A stretch of 51,319 nt of DNA from an uncultured Pseudomonadota bacterium (GTDB taxonomy: Bacteria; Babelota; Babeliae; Babelales; RVW-14), in contig CAYHBO010000006.1 of the NCBI GenBank assembly GCA_964354855.1, forward strand, positions 1 through 51,319. Direction: 5' to 3'. The translations under genes and the position numbers were made by a program. The notes below the pieces were generated by a model, which made no database searches, was not told the origin of the DNA, and saw nothing but the letters and a program-made list of their open reading frames with translations. The first letter of the stretch is position 1, and the number at the start of each line of letters is the position of its first letter. This document shows, in pieces, positions 17,223 through 27,779 of this stretch.

Positions 17223-19805
17223 TTATAAATAACGCTTCAGATAGCCTCCAGTAATGCTTTCTGGAACCTGGGCAACCTGCTCAGGCGTTCCCTGCGCCAC
17301 CACGAATCCACCAGCATCCCCACCCTCGGGACCAATGTCAATCAGATGATCCACACATTTAAGGACATCGAGGTTATGTTCGATCACAATCACCGAATTT
17401 CCACGATCAACGAGACGATTAAGTACCATCAGTAATTTATCGACATCGGCACTATGTAACCCGGTCGTCGGTTCATCAAGAATGTAGAGCGTATTTTTAT
17501 CGCGCTTTGAAAGCTCATTAACCAGTTTAATTCGTTGTGATTCACCACCTGAAAGCGTCAATGATGATTGTCCAAGTGATAAATAATCGAGACCAACATC
17601 ACACAACAAATCAAGCCGTTTTTTCATAGCTGAGAATGATGCGAAGAAATCACGCGCTTCTAGAACAGACATCGCCAAAATATCGGCAATATTTTTCTCT
17701 TTGAATCGAATTTCCAATGTTTGCTCATTGTAACGTTTTCCTTGGCAGGCTTTACAAATAACCACTACATCCTCAAGAAAATGCATGGAAACTTTTGTTT
17801 GTCCATCACCATTACACTCAAAACAGCGACCGTTAGCAACGTTAAAACTAAAACGACCTGCTTTATATCCACGCGCATTACTCTCAGGCAGGCTCGCAAA
17901 AAGATTTCTTATCTCATCAAAGATGCCAAGATAGGTAGCAGGATTAGAACGCGGCGTGCGACCAATCGGCGTTTGATCAACCATCACCACGTTTCTGATT
18001 AGCTCAACACCAATAATCTCTTCACACCCATGCATAGGAGAATACCCAAAGCTAAAGCGCTGCCGTAACGCAGGCGCCAACGTTTGCATCACTAAAGAAC
18101 TTTTTCCTGATCCAGAAACGCCTGACACCGCGGTAAGAATACCGAGGGGAAATGATACATCAATATTTTTTAAATTATTTAAACTCGCACCCTTGAGCGT
18201 CAAAAAACCTTGAGCTTCACGACGTTTAGCAGGTATAGCAATCGATCGCTTCCCTGATAAAAATGCTCCCGTTAATGAGTTTAGATTACGCGCTACTTCT
18301 TCTGGTGTTCCATAGGCGGTAACTTCTCCTCCAAGAATCCCTGCGGCAGGACCCATATCAATTAAATAATCAGCTTCTCTGATGGTATCCATGTCATGTT
18401 CAACGACAACCACGGTGTTTCCTTGATCGCGCAACAATTTAAGCGTATGCAACAGACGATCATTATCTCGTTGGTGTAACCCGATAGATGGCTCATCTAA
18501 AATATAAACAACACCACTCAACGAAGAACCAATCTGGGTGGCCAAACGAATACGTTGCCCTTCTCCACCAGAAAGTGTCCGCGCGGTGCGCTCAAGCGTC
18601 AAGTATGAAAGTCCAACATTATCTAAGAAGGCTAAACGACTGGTAATTTCTCGCACTAAAGGCATTGAAATCTCTGCTTGCTCACCTTCAAAGGTCATCA
18701 TCGTAAACAGGTTTAAGAGCTTATCGATAGACATGGTACAAAATTGATAAATATTTTTTTCCCAGATTTTTACTGCCAATGCATCATCATTCAACCGCAT
18801 ACCACGGCAATAACTACAGGTAGTATCACGCTGACGAAATTGACCAACCGCTAGCAAGCCACCAAAAGCATGTACCTCTTCCTGGCTTTCTTCACCATAG
18901 TCAGCCTTTGGTTGATACGTTTCAGCTTGATGCGTGAACCCAAGGCCGTGACAATTTACACAGGCCCCAATGGGAGAGTTAAAAGAAAAGAGGCGAGGTT
19001 CAAGTTCAGGAAATGATCGTACACAACTCACACAAATCCGGTGCGTTGAATAAAGTTCAGCCTTACCCTGTTCATCGATCACACCACAAAGCCCATTGTT
19101 AACCGAAAATGCTTTTTCTATAGCTTCTTGAAGGCGTTGCTTTTCGTCCTTGGTAACCTCAATTTTGTCGACAATAACACTGATGTCATGTTTATAGGTT
19201 TTTTGCATCGTTAAGGTTGTTTCAATTTCAGCAACATCTTTAAATCGATAATCTTTTCCATCGATCAAGAATCGATAAAATCCACGTTCAAAAAATTGCA
19301 CCAACGGGCGTTTAAACTCACCTTTTTTTTGGATCGCAATCGGAGCCGCAATGGTAACCACCTGACCGGTTAATTTTTCTAGCAACATTCGACTAATGCG
19401 CTCTGGTGACTCTGCAGCAATACGCCGATTGCACGATGGACAATGGGGTAAACCCACCCGCGCAAAGAGAACTCTAAGGTAATCATAAATTTCCGTAATC
19501 GTTCCCACGGTAGAACGAGGGTTATAGCCAACCGTCTTTTGTTCAATGGCTATAGCAGGACAAAGCCCTTCAATTTTTTCAACATCGGGACGCTTAGAAA
19601 TTCCTAAAAATTGTCGCGCATAGGATGAAAGTGATTCAACATATCGTCGTTGCCCCTCAGCATAAAGCGTATCAAGCGCTAATGAGCTCTTTCCTGAACC
19701 TGAAGGACCGGTAATCACCACTAATTTTTCTTTAGGGATATCAACGGTAATATTTTTAAGATTATGCTCTTTGGCCCCAATAATACGAATTTTTGCGTTA
19801 TCCAT
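17223..19805 (-). CDS. uvrA: Excinuclease ABC subunit A (shortened insertion domain)
   Basis: GAKEHNLKN, two [10 protein letters not shown], [55 protein letters not shown], Zn-finger CxxC pairs. Confidence 0.97.
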   Translation of the reverse strand: MDNAKIRIIGAKEHNLKNITVDIPKEKLVVITGPSGSGKSSLALDTLYAEGQRRYVESLSSYARQFLGISKRPDVEKIEGLCPAIAIEQKTVGYNPRSTVGTITEIYDYLRVLFARVGLPHCPSCNRRIAAESPERISRMLLEKLTGQVVTIAAPIAIQKKGEFKRPLVQFFERGFYRFLIDGKDYRFKDVAEIETTLTMQKTYKHDISVIVDKIEVTKDEKQRLQEAIEKAFSVNNGLCGVIDEQGKAELYSTHRICVSCVRSFPELEPRLFSFNSPIGACVNCHGLGFTHQAETYQPKADYGEESQEEVHAFGGLLAVGQFRQRDTTCSYCRGMRLNDDALAVKIWEKNIYQFCTMSIDKLLNLFTMMTFEGEQAEISMPLVREITSRLAFLDNVGLSYLTLERTARTLSGGEGQRIRLATQIGSSLSGVVYILDEPSIGLHQRDNDRLLHTLKLLRDQGNTVVVVEHDMDTIREADYLIDMGPAAGILGGEVTAYGTPEEVARNLNSLTGAFLSGKRSIAIPAKRREAQGFLTLKGASLNNLKNIDVSFPLGILTAVSGVSGSGKSSLVMQTLAPALRQRFSFGYSPMHGCEEIIGVELIRNVVMVDQTPIGRTPRSNPATYLGIFDEIRNLFASLPESNARGYKAGRFSFNVANGRCFECNGDGQTKVSMHFLEDVVVICKACQGKRYNEQTLEIRFKEKNIADILAMSVLEARDFFASFSAMKKRLDLLCDVGLDYLSLGQSSLTLSGGESQRIKLVNELSKRDKNTLYILDEPTTGLHSADVDKLLMVLNRLVDRGNSVIVIEHNLDVLKCVDHLIDIGPEGGDAGGFVVAQGTPEQVAQVPESITGGYLKRYL

Positions 19806-19898
19806 GTAAAACTCCGTACATCATGTAAGTTATCAAAATATTCATAAAGACAATGAGCATAGGGGAACTTATGACCGATGACAAGCGGCAATAACCAT

Positions 19899-19927
19899 AA
19901 AAAGAAAGCCCCCGATTTCTCAAGGGC
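19899..19927 (-). terminator. Rho-independent terminator
   Basis: Minus strand GCCCTTGA-GAAA-TCGGGGGC followed by TTTCTTTTT, 30 nt after the stop at 19958. Confidence 0.8.
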
Positions 19928-19957
19928 CCCTCTTCATTACCACAACGTGGTTATATA

Positions 19958-21862
19958 CTAGAACGAATAATTTATCATTGAATACAAGGTAAATGTTTTT
20001 GGCACATTTTGCCCAGAAAACGTGTATTCCATACCCAAGCGCCAACGTGAACCAAGGTCAAACTGGTGCGACCACTCCAACCCAGCCTTATGCTCAATCT
20101 GAGAGGTATTTTTTTCAAACACGGTTGGATCCCAATCATCATCATTCAAGAAGGTTGCACTGTCACGAAACTTAGCTCTAAAGTCATAATAAAGATCTAT
20201 AAAAGAGCGTCTGAATGGTATTTTCTCAAAAATATTACCGACACGAATATTAAACTCTGGCCCTTTGGAAAGTTTAAGATCGGCAATATCATCACCTAAA
20301 TTTTTAATGCTCGTATTAAACTCCGAAAAACTTTTACCGTTAGCAAGTTGGATACGATGAGCAAATGGAATATTAATCCCAAGATCATCAAGATACTGTT
20401 GTTGTGCAGAATTATTAGTCGCCGTAATAAAGTGAGGAACCCGTCTTTGCACATTCGCTGAGGAAGAAAGCGTTGCTTGTAAAAAAAGATGCGGATTAAA
20501 ATATGAATGTTTATGCATGACCACTAAACTCCATAACGACCCTTCAAAGAATCCACCATTACCTAGTTCAGGAGCCCACAATTTATGCATCGACATTTTT
20601 TGCGCCGTTGGCACCAAGAAGCGTAATCCAAACATCAAGCTATCCACTTTATTGGTATGAGCGATCGCTTGAACAAAGAAGGTAACGTCACCTAAACCGG
20701 TAGAACTACCACCATACTCTTTAAAGCCCTTAGAAGTAAAAACATCTTTAAGAAATTTTGACATATCTTGCCCATAACGTTGAGAAAATGCTGCACCTTT
20801 ATCTGGTCGCGTTTCTAACAAACCACCAGCGGTGATTGTTGGCGATCCAGCAAGCTTTCCATCAAGTGCATCAAATTGTTCACTGATAATATTTTGATCG
20901 GCAAAGAATACCCGTAAGCGATTTTTTTTATAAACAATAGGACACTGAAAACCTGCAACCACATGGTTTCTCCATAAGTAGCGTGAATAATCAAGGCTTA
21001 TACCCCACGATTCAGATTGTCCCAAGAAACTAATTTGTTTGTCTGCAAGAATGGCAAGATAAAGAGGATTCGTCGTATTTGCAGTATTCGATAAGGGATC
21101 AATACCAGGCTCAACGGGAATTATTGCTGTCGCAGGAAAAACAGGTGAATTCAAATTAAGATTTGGTGCATTAAGATACGGCGCCTGATTAACATACGGC
21201 GTAAAATTCAATGCGACTAACTTACTCGCAAGCAAAATATCCTGTACGCGAATGGGAGCTTCTCCAAACGAAAGTCGTGTAATATCACCATTCGTACCAT
21301 CAGATCCATAGCCATCAGTCGCATACGAGAACCAACCGGTAGCAGTAAGATAGTTTGTTTTAGGAACATACGTTGCATAAGTCGGCAAAGCAACCGATCG
21401 ATAAAGATCTGCATAAGCCCCTGAACTTACCTCTTCTCGAACTTTTTCTTGACGCTCATTTAACCACAGTCGTAACAGTTCAGTGCTAAGTTTCCGCTCA
21501 CCATCAACACGCAACCCGTGCTCTGCATCGCGTTGTCGACGTTGTACATACGCCCCTTCTAGCTGAGCAAGACGATCTTCTTTGTGTTGCTGAGCGTCAT
21601 CTTCTGCCTCATGTTTTTTTAAGATAGCCTCATCTTTTCTTGCTTCTGCTTTATATACCGTAAGCACTTCAGGTTGAGCTTTTACTTGTTTTTGCTTTTT
21701 CTTTCCCTTACGTTTTTGACCCTTTTTCTTTGTGCCAAACTCTTCAACATACTCAATATCTTCATCATCAGACCACGGAATAGCTTGCTGTACCGATACC
21801 GGTATGATGCTACCAGCAATCAGAACAAACAATAAGATCCTTAGTCGTAGAGTTTTTATCAT
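19958..21862 (-). CDS. Putative outer-membrane beta-barrel protein with charged N-terminal extension
   Basis: GAGG RBS, signal peptide, amphipathic aromatic-rich strands, GLGD...VPT motif reminiscent of COG4313/Phenol_MetA_deg channels, C-terminal beta-signal-like YSMINYSF. Confidence 0.7.
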   Translation of the reverse strand: MIKTLRLRILLFVLIAGSIIPVSVQQAIPWSDDEDIEYVEEFGTKKKGQKRKGKKKQKQVKAQPEVLTVYKAEARKDEAILKKHEAEDDAQQHKEDRLAQLEGAYVQRRQRDAEHGLRVDGERKLSTELLRLWLNERQEKVREEVSSGAYADLYRSVALPTYATYVPKTNYLTATGWFSYATDGYGSDGTNGDITRLSFGEAPIRVQDILLASKLVALNFTPYVNQAPYLNAPNLNLNSPVFPATAIIPVEPGIDPLSNTANTTNPLYLAILADKQISFLGQSESWGISLDYSRYLWRNHVVAGFQCPIVYKKNRLRVFFADQNIISEQFDALDGKLAGSPTITAGGLLETRPDKGAAFSQRYGQDMSKFLKDVFTSKGFKEYGGSSTGLGDVTFFVQAIAHTNKVDSLMFGLRFLVPTAQKMSMHKLWAPELGNGGFFEGSLWSLVVMHKHSYFNPHLFLQATLSSSANVQRRVPHFITATNNSAQQQYLDDLGINIPFAHRIQLANGKSFSEFNTSIKNLGDDIADLKLSKGPEFNIRVGNIFEKIPFRRSFIDLYYDFRAKFRDSATFLNDDDWDPTVFEKNTSQIEHKAGLEWSHQFDLGSRWRLGMEYTFSGQNVPKTFTLYSMINYSF

Positions 21863-21881
21863 GGTCTTTCCTCATTTATAA

Positions 21882-24800
21882 TTAAGAACGTGTCCCGTTT
21901 GGAAAAATAATAAAGTTTGTCGTTCCATTTTTGCCATAAATATTTCCAAAATTAGCAGGATCTCTCTGATTATTATTCTCGGATAATAAAATATCTCCAG
22001 TTTTTAACGTCACACTAACCCCGTTATGCGTTCTCACCGTAGGTAAGCCGGTATCAGCGGCAATATACTGAATAGCCACCGGTAAATTCTGATTAGTGCT
22101 TATTAATTGTTTTGCAAGATTATACATGGTCATTGATTGATTAATCAGTACAGCATTTGTCTGCGGTTGCAATAACCCAGCAAACCCTGAATAACCAGAG
22201 CCACCTGATTTAAGCGTTACCTGTCCTGGAATATCGACAAATTCCACCGACCCTTGACCACTAATCTGTACCGGTTCAAGATCAAGCAAGAATGGCAATT
22301 CTGTTCTCGTAGCTGCAGATAAGAAATTCGGCCCTAAAACTAATCGACCACCTAATCCAATGTAAAGCGATGAGTTACCAGTAAAGGTAAGCCCGCGCAC
22401 GTTCCCTTTAGTTAGCAAGGAACCATCAAGCAGTTTTGCATTAGGGGACCCTTCATTATTAAATTCAACATACCCATTGGCACGTATCGTTAATTTTCCA
22501 TCTCGTTCAAAGACCCAGGTAGTATTGCCAAATCCGGTAACAAACCGAGCACTTGCAGAATCTGGCATACTCATTGATTCAGCTTGTGCTTTAAGAAAAT
22601 TAAGAATATCGACATTCGGAAATGGAACTCCAGCTCGAATTTCTCCCGATGAGCGAACCTCAACAAGAATATCATCAGGAGTTTGTGTAATTGTTTTAAA
22701 AGCAACTGCTCCTGTTGACGTTGAATAGGTTGTTCCGTTAGGCGCAATAATCAAACTCCCAAAATTATTCATATCTATCGAGGCGCCACCATCAACAAAC
22801 ACCGTGCCAACTCCAGAGATGTATCCCTTAGGTTGAGTTACTGAAGTTATTTTACCTGCAGAGTTTCGTGCTACAACAGGACTTTTCATCATGAGAACAG
22901 CTCGATCAAACAAACCTAATGCTGCACGACCTGTAACTCCGGTAACAACTTGCGTACGTGTCGGCGCATCATTCTGTACCGTTGTTTGACCATCTAAATG
23001 AATCTCTGATCCATTACCAAGAATAACTTTTCCTCTGCCTTTAAAAATAAGCGAAGAATTTTGAGGAATATTAATAAAAGTATTATCAGTAAATTCAACA
23101 ACTGGCGTCATACCGGAATCAACAAAATTAAAGGTTAGCGCGCATGGAGCAGCATCATCAAAATTCAACGTACCGTTCCCAATCGTTATTTGTCCGGTAA
23201 CATTAATAACATTACTAAGCCCCTGCACATTAATCACATGTAATGGATTTTTACCGCCAACTAACGTCATAGATGCTCCAACGGCTTGATTAATCGTTGT
23301 TGCATTCATCAGAAGATTAAAGCCTCGCGTTACATCATTTGAAAATTCATTCACCGTACATCGTAAGAAACGACGACTTTCAATGAATGGTGATAACTGA
23401 CTATTATGAAGCATTGTAACAACCATATCTTTATAGTCTGGCGCAGTATAACCACCAACAGGATTAACCAACTGTCGCGTCAGCATCGTTTCTGAATGTG
23501 TCGTCCCATCGCCATCGAGTGCTCTTATCGGCAATGATGAACCATTTGCCGGTTTTAATTTATGATGATTAGTTAATTTTTGTTGTTTATCATTAGCAGT
23601 CTTACGTTCCTCTTTCAAGGCAATAGCAGATTTTGCTTTTTTACCTGTTATTGTATGTTGTAACAACTTACGTTGAGCATCACGCATTCTAATAAACGCC
23701 GAAGTTGGACGTCGTACAGCCACATTGCCAGCCCGAGCAAATCCAGCATCAATGCTTCCTTCAATCGTTTTTAAATCATCTATATCGGTCAAGATACTCG
23801 TTTGTTTTATAGGATTTCCTGATATCAAAAGACGACGAGCTCTTACAAAAGAATTAATATCAATAACAAACGAATTAACATTGCTGTTAACTAATTCCAG
23901 ATTTGCATCATCAAAAATAATACCTGCAATGGCACTACTTCCACCAACCGCTCCACTTAAATAAATACCGGGATCTCCATTCAATCCAAGCTGGTAAGGA
24001 TTTGATGCAACACCACTCTGCACCGTTACACCATTTTCAACGGTCAAACTTCCATTATTAATCATATGACGAATATTCAACACGTTCTGCTCGGCAATCC
24101 CCAAAAATGAGATACTTCCATAAAGAGTTAACCCATCAGCGGTAAAAACAAGTTCATTTGATAAATATTCAAGATCAAAATTCATCTTTGTGTCACGATC
24201 AACATTAAATGCAGAATTACCTGCAAGCACAATCGAGACATTTGTTGGAACTGTATTTGGTACTGTTGTCGTACTTCCCGGAGTTAACGCATTTGTCAGA
24301 CGTCGATTAGCAAAATCCATAAATCCTAATCCTGAGAATTCAATATCTTCTAACATAAGAGAATTTTGAGATCCAAGATTAAAGATACGAAGTTGCGATG
24401 CCAATGAATCACGCGGATCTTCAAGTAAGTCAGGATGTCTAGAAACAACCACTCCTTGAATAACATATTCAACAGGCTTATCCGGTAAATTAAAACTAAA
24501 TCGTTTTCGACCTGTAAGCCCACGTACTTTGAAAATGTTATTAGGCCCCTCAACATGAATAATACCAGGACCACGTACAGGATTTGGCGGTTGATTAACT
24601 TCCTGCCCGGTAAATACAATGTCTTCCGTTAACTCAAAAGAAACATTCGTACCGATATTTAAACAAGCATTTCCAGATACTTCAAGCGTACTACCATTAA
24701 GTCGCGTCAATGTAATATTTTTTAATCTTACGGCAGAATCACGACTCACAATAAATTGAGGCAATGGATTTCCAGACTGATCAATCGCCTGCGTAAAGGT

Positions 24801-26141
24801 AATACTTGCACCCTGACCATCAATGGTAATTGGACTACTGCATGAACCACCGGCAATAATCATCTGTTGGTTAGGCCCAATAATTGCATTCCCCGTTAAC
24901 GTAATATCACACGTTATCTGAGCACCAACTAGCGCTCCAGAGGCACCAGAAGCAATCATTGATGAATCAGATACTTCGCGAATACGACAATCACCAGATA
25001 GCACAAGATTCCCTGTCGCAACGTCTGTATCAACATTCGTTTGGGTATACACATGATTAACAAAGATGGTTTGAGGACAACGTAACTCCCCTGCGGGCGG
25101 CGTCGTGTTACAAGCATTTGATGCAAAAACATCCAACCATAAACAACTATTAACGGTAAGAACCCCAGTATCATCACCAGCCCCGTCCATAAATGTCCAA
25201 ATCAAATCTTTTAATAAGAACGTACATTCTGCATCAATATACATTCTGCCACGGGATGTAGTCATATTTCCACCGGTCACTTCAAAGAAAGAATTGGTTG
25301 CCCGAATGGATGATGTATTACTACCAAAAATAAATGATCCGGTTGAACTATCACCATGTAAACCAGTCACCGTTACATTATCTAAAGATACGGTAACCCC
25401 TGGATTAATATGGAAGTGCCCATGTGTCAAGTCAATAACACTGCCATCACCATTGATACTGGTATCAGAAGAGAAGGTCCAGGTACCATCTACAACAATA
25501 TCCCCATGTAAAGCTAAGTCTGTTGCATTCATAAGGGTGATATTACCAGTCAATGTTGAATTACTTCCCCCAAGATTAAGCCTATATCCTTGAAAATCTA
25601 CAATGCCTGAGCCATTAATATTAACATTATCAGCAAGTGTTAATTCATTCCCAAGATTAAGCATCCCACCGTTAAGATCAATACTTTTATTAAGCGTACT
25701 TTGAATTGCTATTGTTAACTCTGAATCAGTGTCAGCTAAGGTAATATTATAGGTTAAAATAGGCTGCCCATAGAGATAATTACGACACGACTGAACACGG
25801 ATTTCATCAATTACTGTGCCTGATTCTACGCGAGCAACATTACAACCATTAAGTTTAATAATACTTGCTCCAGTCGAATCAAAAACCCCAAGCATCTCAA
25901 CAGCTAAATTATCAAAATTAATGATCCCATAATTCATGCTAATAGGATGCCCCGTAATAGATGACGAGCTGTCACCTTTTAACGTCCCATCTATCACAAG
26001 ATTCGATGATCCAACATTGAATGTTGCTCCTGCCGCAATCTTTAAGGTCGAATCTTGACTCCCAAAATTAATACCAGCCTTAATCGATGATGCAAAAACA
26101 ACAAAACCACTACAAAATAAAAGACTAAAAAGCTTCTTCAT
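21882..26141 (-). CDS. Large secreted beta-solenoid/adhesin-like protein
   Basis: ATG 26141; signal peptide MKKLFSLLFCSGFVVFASSIKA; G/N/T/S/I/V-rich beta-strand pattern with degenerate internal repeats. Confidence 0.78.
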   Translation of the reverse strand: MKKLFSLLFCSGFVVFASSIKAGINFGSQDSTLKIAAGATFNVGSSNLVIDGTLKGDSSSSITGHPISMNYGIINFDNLAVEMLGVFDSTGASIIKLNGCNVARVESGTVIDEIRVQSCRNYLYGQPILTYNITLADTDSELTIAIQSTLNKSIDLNGGMLNLGNELTLADNVNINGSGIVDFQGYRLNLGGSNSTLTGNITLMNATDLALHGDIVVDGTWTFSSDTSINGDGSVIDLTHGHFHINPGVTVSLDNVTVTGLHGDSSTGSFIFGSNTSSIRATNSFFEVTGGNMTTSRGRMYIDAECTFLLKDLIWTFMDGAGDDTGVLTVNSCLWLDVFASNACNTTPPAGELRCPQTIFVNHVYTQTNVDTDVATGNLVLSGDCRIREVSDSSMIASGASGALVGAQITCDITLTGNAIIGPNQQMIIAGGSCSSPITIDGQGASITFTQAIDQSGNPLPQFIVSRDSAVRLKNITLTRLNGSTLEVSGNACLNIGTNVSFELTEDIVFTGQEVNQPPNPVRGPGIIHVEGPNNIFKVRGLTGRKRFSFNLPDKPVEYVIQGVVVSRHPDLLEDPRDSLASQLRIFNLGSQNSLMLEDIEFSGLGFMDFANRRLTNALTPGSTTTVPNTVPTNVSIVLAGNSAFNVDRDTKMNFDLEYLSNELVFTADGLTLYGSISFLGIAEQNVLNIRHMINNGSLTVENGVTVQSGVASNPYQLGLNGDPGIYLSGAVGGSSAIAGIIFDDANLELVNSNVNSFVIDINSFVRARRLLISGNPIKQTSILTDIDDLKTIEGSIDAGFARAGNVAVRRPTSAFIRMRDAQRKLLQHTITGKKAKSAIALKEERKTANDKQQKLTNHHKLKPANGSSLPIRALDGDGTTHSETMLTRQLVNPVGGYTAPDYKDMVVTMLHNSQLSPFIESRRFLRCTVNEFSNDVTRGFNLLMNATTINQAVGASMTLVGGKNPLHVINVQGLSNVINVTGQITIGNGTLNFDDAAPCALTFNFVDSGMTPVVEFTDNTFINIPQNSSLIFKGRGKVILGNGSEIHLDGQTTVQNDAPTRTQVVTGVTGRAALGLFDRAVLMMKSPVVARNSAGKITSVTQPKGYISGVGTVFVDGGASIDMNNFGSLIIAPNGTTYSTSTGAVAFKTITQTPDDILVEVRSSGEIRAGVPFPNVDILNFLKAQAESMSMPDSASARFVTGFGNTTWVFERDGKLTIRANGYVEFNNEGSPNAKLLDGSLLTKGNVRGLTFTGNSSLYIGLGGRLVLGPNFLSAATRTELPFLLDLEPVQISGQGSVEFVDIPGQVTLKSGGSGYSGFAGLLQPQTNAVLINQSMTMYNLAKQLISTNQNLPVAIQYIAADTGLPTVRTHNGVSVTLKTGDILLSENNNQRDPANFGNIYGKNGTTNFIIFPNGTRS

Positions 26142-26251
26142 TCTCTCTCGTTCTCCCTTTATTTTCATCAAAATGCTTTTTAAATGCAGAAAGCATAACA
26201 AATTGATTTTAGTCAGCTCATCTCGCTTTGTAAAGAGACGAACAAAGAAGA

Positions 26252-27196
26252 TTATCTAATCAATAATAATGCCTGTTCAATTTCTTGCTGAATTGTTTCC
26301 GCAGACCGTTTAAATAATTTTTTCTCATTTTCATCAAAATCTATGGGGAGCATTTCACATACTCCGTTTTCTCTAATAATAGTTGGTAAGCTTAAACAGA
26401 CATCCTTAACCCCCTCAATATTATGGACTAAACTCGAGACGGTAAAGATACGTGGTTGATTAAGAACAATTGACCGAATTATTTTTACAACGACTAATGC
26501 AATGGCGTAACAAGTCGATCCTTTTTTTTCAATAACCTGATATGCCGCATTTTTTGTTTCTTCAAAAAAATTATTCAATACCTCTTGGTCATAGCGCGTA
26601 AAAGCGGTCAATGGTAATCCCGCAATATTCGCTTTACTCCACCATACAAATTCTGAATCACCGTGTTCTCCTAGAACAAAAGCAGTAATATCTTTCGGAC
26701 TTATTTGATAATGCTTCCCTATAAGATATCGTAAACGAGCAGAGTCTAGCACCGTACCAGAGCCAAAGACCCTACATGAATCAAATCCTGAAAGTTTATA
26801 CGCTAAATAAGTCATCGCATCTAACGGATTAGTGACCATAAGAAGAATACATGTTTTATTATATCGAGTAATTTCAGGAATTATTTTACGCATCATCTGA
26901 GAATTATAAACAATTAAGTCATCACGTGTTTCCCCAGGTTTTTGCGCAACCCCTGCTGTAATAACAACCACCGAAGCATCTTCCACTAATGCAAATGAGT
27001 CCCCACCGACAATATTGGTCATACGCGTAAATTGCATACAATGATTAAGGTCTAAGACCTCTCCCTCAGCTTTTTCTTTATCCAAATCAATAAGTGCAAT
27101 ATCTGAAACCGATCCATCAAGCATTAATGCAAATGCAATGGTACTTCCAACAGCCCCCGCACCAACAATTGCTATTTTTACTTTTCTATTGCTCAC
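26252..27196 (-). CDS. ldh: L-lactate dehydrogenase
   Basis: GAGAVG, ITAGVAQKPGETR (Gln at the specificity position favours LDH over MDH), VTNPLD, GSGTVLDSAR, LGEHGDS; GTG start after AAGGAG. Confidence 0.88.
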   Translation of the reverse strand: MSNRKVKIAIVGAGAVGSTIAFALMLDGSVSDIALIDLDKEKAEGEVLDLNHCMQFTRMTNIVGGDSFALVEDASVVVITAGVAQKPGETRDDLIVYNSQMMRKIIPEITRYNKTCILLMVTNPLDAMTYLAYKLSGFDSCRVFGSGTVLDSARLRYLIGKHYQISPKDITAFVLGEHGDSEFVWWSKANIAGLPLTAFTRYDQEVLNNFFEETKNAAYQVIEKKGSTCYAIALVVVKIIRSIVLNQPRIFTVSSLVHNIEGVKDVCLSLPTIIRENGVCEMLPIDFDENEKKLFKRSAETIQQEIEQALLLIR

Positions 27197-27363
27197 AAAG
27201 TCTCCTTATAATCACTAAAACAAAAAAACAAGAATCATTCTAATTTTAAGAAAGAGACGATGTCACGATTATACAAATATTGCGTTTAATAAAACGAATA
27301 AAAGGGAAAGAATAAGACTGATGAAAAACAAGAAGATACAATTCATGCATGCTTTTTAAGCAT

Positions 27364-27397
27364 AAAAAAAGACACCAATTTAATGATGCCTTTTTTT
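27364..27397 (-). terminator. Terminator of the ribosomal supercluster
   Basis: Minus strand A7-GGCATCA-TTAAAT-TGGTGTC-T7 just after the rplQ stop. Confidence 0.75.
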
Positions 27398-27422
27398 AAA
27401 TTCAATAGAATTTATGTAATAA

Positions 27423-27779
27423 CTACACCCACTCTAAACGAGCAACGGTAGCAGTATCACTAGCGCGACGCCCTAGAGGGATAACGCGTGTGTAACCACC
27501 TGGGCGATTTACATACTTTGGAGCAATTTCTTTAATCATCTTCATAACAGCTGCTTCATCATAAGGTAAAAGCTGTTTTACCCTTCTGATGGTATTAAAG
27601 TCATACCCTTGGCGAGAAATAGTAACTATTTTTTCGGCAATACGTTGAACTTCTTTAACCCGCACCTTAGTGGTTTGCAAACATCCATTGTTAATAAGAT
27701 GAATTACTTGGTTACGTAAAAGAGCCCTTCTATGCCCTTCACGTAAATTTAACTTTTTTCTTCCGTTTTGGTGATTCAT
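27423..27779 (-). CDS. rplQ: 50S ribosomal protein L17
   Basis: HRRALLRN, TT..K, RPGGYTR; follows rpoA. Confidence 0.97.
   Translation of the reverse strand: MNHQNGRKKLNLREGHRRALLRNQVIHLINNGCLQTTKVRVKEVQRIAEKIVTISRQGYDFNTIRRVKQLLPYDEAAVMKMIKEIAPKYVNRPGGYTRVIPLGRRASDTATVARLEWV

Noticed and set aside
26217-26242. Hairpin between ldh and the large exoprotein gene
   Set aside because: The stem is about 8 bp with G:U pairs and no U-tract, too weak to call a terminator.
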